The translations under genes were made by a program, and so were the position numbers. Shown here piece by piece: positions 56,301 through 60,000 of a stretch of 60,000 nucleotides of DNA (the stretch's first letter is position 1; each line of letters starts with the position of its first letter). Below the pieces are notes generated by a model. That model saw only the letters and a list, made by a program, of their open reading frames with translations. It was not told the origin of the DNA and did no database searches. Location: positions 10,294,001 through 10,354,000 of the forward strand of contig OZ249436.1 in assembly GCA_965235115.1 (NCBI GenBank), given 5' to 3'. This stretch comes from Laetmonice hystrix (Eukaryota).

Positions 56301-59285
56301 CGAGGTTCTGCCTTGGGAAGGCACCTTTTCAAGTCACATATATTTTGAAATTGACTTATCGTATAGGCCTACATAGTGGTCGACTAGATACCTAATCAGG
56401 GCTTTTCATGAACCAAACGAAAATATCGACTTATATGTACATAATAGATAACATGAACACGTTAAATATTTGTCAGTAAGGTTCTACTGGTGTTATGTTA
56501 CACCTACTTGTTTCGTGATCATGACCTTTCTGATGTTTAAGACAGGATTAACACTCTCAAAAAAAGGTTCAACAAAATTGTCGTATGAGAGTAATTATAT
56601 GGAAAATTATATTATATAAGAAATCCTGGTGCCTGCAGACCGTCGTCACTGGAGAGTATACATACGATGTGTTTACGATTGCTTTCAGTCTAGAATCTTA
56701 CGATTGTGATGATGGCAATATTTCACGGTTCTGTTAATATGGCTCATGTGTTATTCATACCCATGGAATAAATCGCCAGGGTAACTATGATGATTGAGAA
56801 AACGGTTCAATATAACAACATGAAAACATGAATCAAACATGGTGTAGTGTTGTTGAGTGGAGCGCATGATTAATCAACGAATTGAACGGAGAACGGTGCT
56901 GGGGTGGTTAGTCGTTATCAAAAACCTGCTAGATGGATGAGTGCCAGCGATAATGTGATCAATACGGTAGCAAACAGGCAGAGTAGATGCAACACAGAAT
57001 CCTGGTCATCCAGGTTAATTGCTGTAATTGAGCTGTCATGCTGATAAGGGCAGCAATGATTGCAAAGCAAAATGTACAAGCTTTGGGCAAAGTCGGGAAA
57101 ATAGCCACGCCAGATCTATAGCAGCAAAAGTCGGTGAAAGCATGCATTGTTAGAACAGCTAAACTACATCTCATTCTTACATGTCAATGCAAACATCGAT
57201 TATAGACAATACAAGTACATGCTAAACTTGGTGGAATGAAGAGAAACCCGTTTAAGTCGCATTATAACATGTTTGAGTTAGCCAGGTGTCAATAGTTTGT
57301 AGCTGCACCAAACATAGGAGAACTTGGTGTCAACCTTATATCAATGTGTCCGAACGACTACAAGTCATCCTATAATCACGGCCGACCTGACTATACTTTA
57401 GGAGGCATTGGTCTTTTATGAAGGTCTTTATCATTCATTCACTGGCCAGAGAATTGATTGCGGGTTACATTTGATTATCAACATATTTCCTTCACAAAGC
57501 AATCCCACATTATATTTTCAAGAACGTTGTGAGAAATGGGGGTGAATGTTAGGTCCTTTTTTACCTTGCGTACACGGACAACAAGGTGAATCATTCAGTA
57601 GTCAGCCCTCATACTTTCCATTTCACAGGCTCCGTGAAATAACTGTACTTTTCACCCTGGGGTACCCGGTACACCTTATTGAAATGACGGGACAACATAC
57701 ATCCCTATGCTGGCTCAATTGCATGCATATAAAGGTGTATCATGCATTCCCTGAATAAAGTCACTCAGGCGTGGCACACAAGGACCTAGGCCTCCCCCAA
57801 TACCCGGTGAATGAGGGCATCAAAGTAAAACTGACCTCCAACAATGGCCGTGCTAACCCAATGACACCACAACAGGCATTTCTTAAATACATGTTCCTCA
57901 GACATGGCAATGATTTCACAGTAATTAAAGGAGAAGAATCAGAAAGAACTGTAACATAGGCCCTGACCTTGTCGTGCGGGTCGGCCTGGGCACGTTTTAC
58001 ACCCAGCTGACCAATTAACAATGTGCAGGAAATAAAGAATTTCCTCTGATGTTCCATTGTATTCTAAGATGTATGAAAGTGAAAACATGTTCAGTTGGAT
58101 GGTCAAGAAGTGGGAATCAGCATGACATGTTGAGAGACTGAGTCCAATCGCGTGTAACTCCTTTACGACCGTGTATTCTCATTCGACCCTCAGGGAATAC
58201 CGACCTCAGGGTGATGAGGGATCACAAGCTCCCATCAAAACCTCCCCTAACATCTGCTTTCCTCCACCAAATTCTGGGAAATGTCTTTTTGACTCTTGGA
58301 TCATGGCGCGAAATGAACCACAATCCCTAGGAGACTTATTCTGGAAGCCAATTAGAAATCGATTTGGCACCGTATTAAAAAGGTTTGAAGGATTGCCATA
58401 CATGATTGTGAGTTGTGGATTTGCCGCCTGAGTGCCAATTCAAAGAGTCTAACCTTTAGAATCTCACTCCTGATTAACTCACTCTGGGACATTAGCCGTG
58501 ACCTGGTAGACGCAGGACCTCTTGAGCCAGGTGCGTTAGCCGCACCCAATGTGACTGGCCAGGTCAACTGGGACCACGCACCTAACAACTGCCTCTGGGC
58601 ATCCCAACGGCACAGGTCAACACAACCCCTCAGTTTTTGGTCAAATTTCAAAACCTCCAAGCGCTAGGTTTTCTTACACGTTATAAATGGCATGGCATTG
58701 TTTACACAGTTCTGTCGTAGTGAAGATTGAGTTGCAATATTCAAGATCTCCATTAATCTAATAAACTATCCTGGAGCAGTGGAAGTTATAGAAAGAGAGT
58801 GGTTATTCCAAGGCCATTCCAAACATGCAAAAAGCAAGATTTAGAAACATGAGAAATTCATCAAAATATGGAGTGTTGTCAAAGCCGATTAATGCTTTTC
58901 TTCCACAACGTTCTTGATATCGGCAGGACTACACAAACCAACTGGCTGACATTGTCTGAGATTATCTGAGATGAAAACAGCCGCCATAATTTGATACGCT
59001 TCTCATGTTGTACGTCCCTGTCAAGCACCTTATCGCCCTCCCCACACACCTGAGCCCGGAACTGAAGGAGCCGGAGTGGACGAACCTGAGGTAGGTCGAC
59101 CATTGAGAAGTCCTCCGTTCAGATGTGGCGGCGTGGTTGGCACCAAGGTAGGAACGGGAGAGAAGTCGTAGCCATAGCTCGGGCGGCGGCCTTCTCGTCG
59201 GTTACCGTCGATGGCAGACTGAAGCTCCTGCGGCGAGCTCAGCTTCAGCTTCTCGCACTCGTACGGGTAGAGGTACTTCATGTAT
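47302..59285 (-). CDS. ARID3: ARID3 / dead ringer family transcription factor, 3' exons; 5' part beyond the right edge
   Basis: Exon 59285-59050 (YMKYLYPYECEKLKLSSPQELQSAIDGNRREGRRPSY: end of ARID plus extended ARID), 51756-51481 (...AHIKITSR), 47414-47302 (SLVVSMEVNGIMYQGVLFA: REKLES-beta, then stop). Both joins are phase 1. Confidence 0.93.
48758..48797 (+). repeat. (GGT)n plus poly-G tract
   Basis: About nine GGT units followed by a G run; G-quadruplex-prone. Confidence 0.8.
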
Positions 59286-60000
59286 CTGGAAACACAAGGA
59301 CAGAGTTATTGTAACCGTTAGCAGGGTCTTCATCTCTTAACATCTCATATATCGTGATGTCCAAAACGTATTTATTTCAGATATACATTGGATCATGCAT
59401 GGATTTAGTTGGATAGTGTGTAATGGTCCATAGCAGAATTGTTAAAAACCCGCTATCTACAAGGACCATGTCTGCATCCTATCGCATGACGTACTTCAAG
59501 TTAATACGACGAGTTATTTATAAATACCATGCCAACGTTTTGATTATCTATAAATATCCAATAATTCATACTCTTTTGTGTCATATCTGATTGGTGTCAC
59601 ATATACACTACCGTCACTGTATATTCTTTTGACAAGTTCACACTGGTTGCCATTCAAATACAAGATTTGCTGTGGATTGCTTTAACTTCCAGCGCTAGTT
59701 TTCAAGTTAATATTCCGCATGGCTAAATTTGATTACCAGTCATCATAGAGATGTTCAGAAAAACGTAGATGTAAATAATACGCCATTTGGGAAATGAAAT
59801 ATAATGGAGTGCAATTAGAAAGGATGGGTCTATCACGTGAAAAGGTTATGTGCATTGGCAATATGTCTAGTATGCTCGGTCGGTAATTATCTCTTTAAAA
59901 CATCATCACGATAATGAAAGAATCAACTTACACCTTGCCCGTCGAAAAGGTTCCAATCATGTTGAATTACTACGTTTACTTTTTTCCTTCATTTCTATAC

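Overview
Animal (bilaterian invertebrate-like, AT-rich, intron-rich) genomic DNA. The first ~37 kb is a compact block of seven spliced genes, six of them in three head-to-head pairs: an unidentified coiled-coil gene (-, runs off the left edge) / LAMTOR3 (+); AK6 (-) / PARP16 (+); CCDC112 (-); AMACR (-) / ARMC6 (+). After a ~10 kb gene-free, repeat-rich spacer, the last ~13 kb holds the 3' exons of an ARID3/dead-ringer transcription factor (-). Exon chains were assembled by hand from splice signals and recognisable protein motifs. The only long ORF (7992-10088) is a 5'-truncated CR1/L2-type LINE inserted into a 43-bp minisatellite inside an intron. Many short palindromic MITEs are present (Harbinger-like with CWG target duplications, Tc1/pogo-like, hAT-like). 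Most notable: four GC-AG introns among roughly 46; a 34-bp TIR-only palindrome with a 7-bp target duplication; enrichment of TA-NN-N'N'-TA octamers resembling transposon footprints; CTCF-like motifs at the divergent promoters and the cluster edge; a candidate His/Gln-rich cassette exon in ARID3. I found no convincing evidence of a wholly new biological system.
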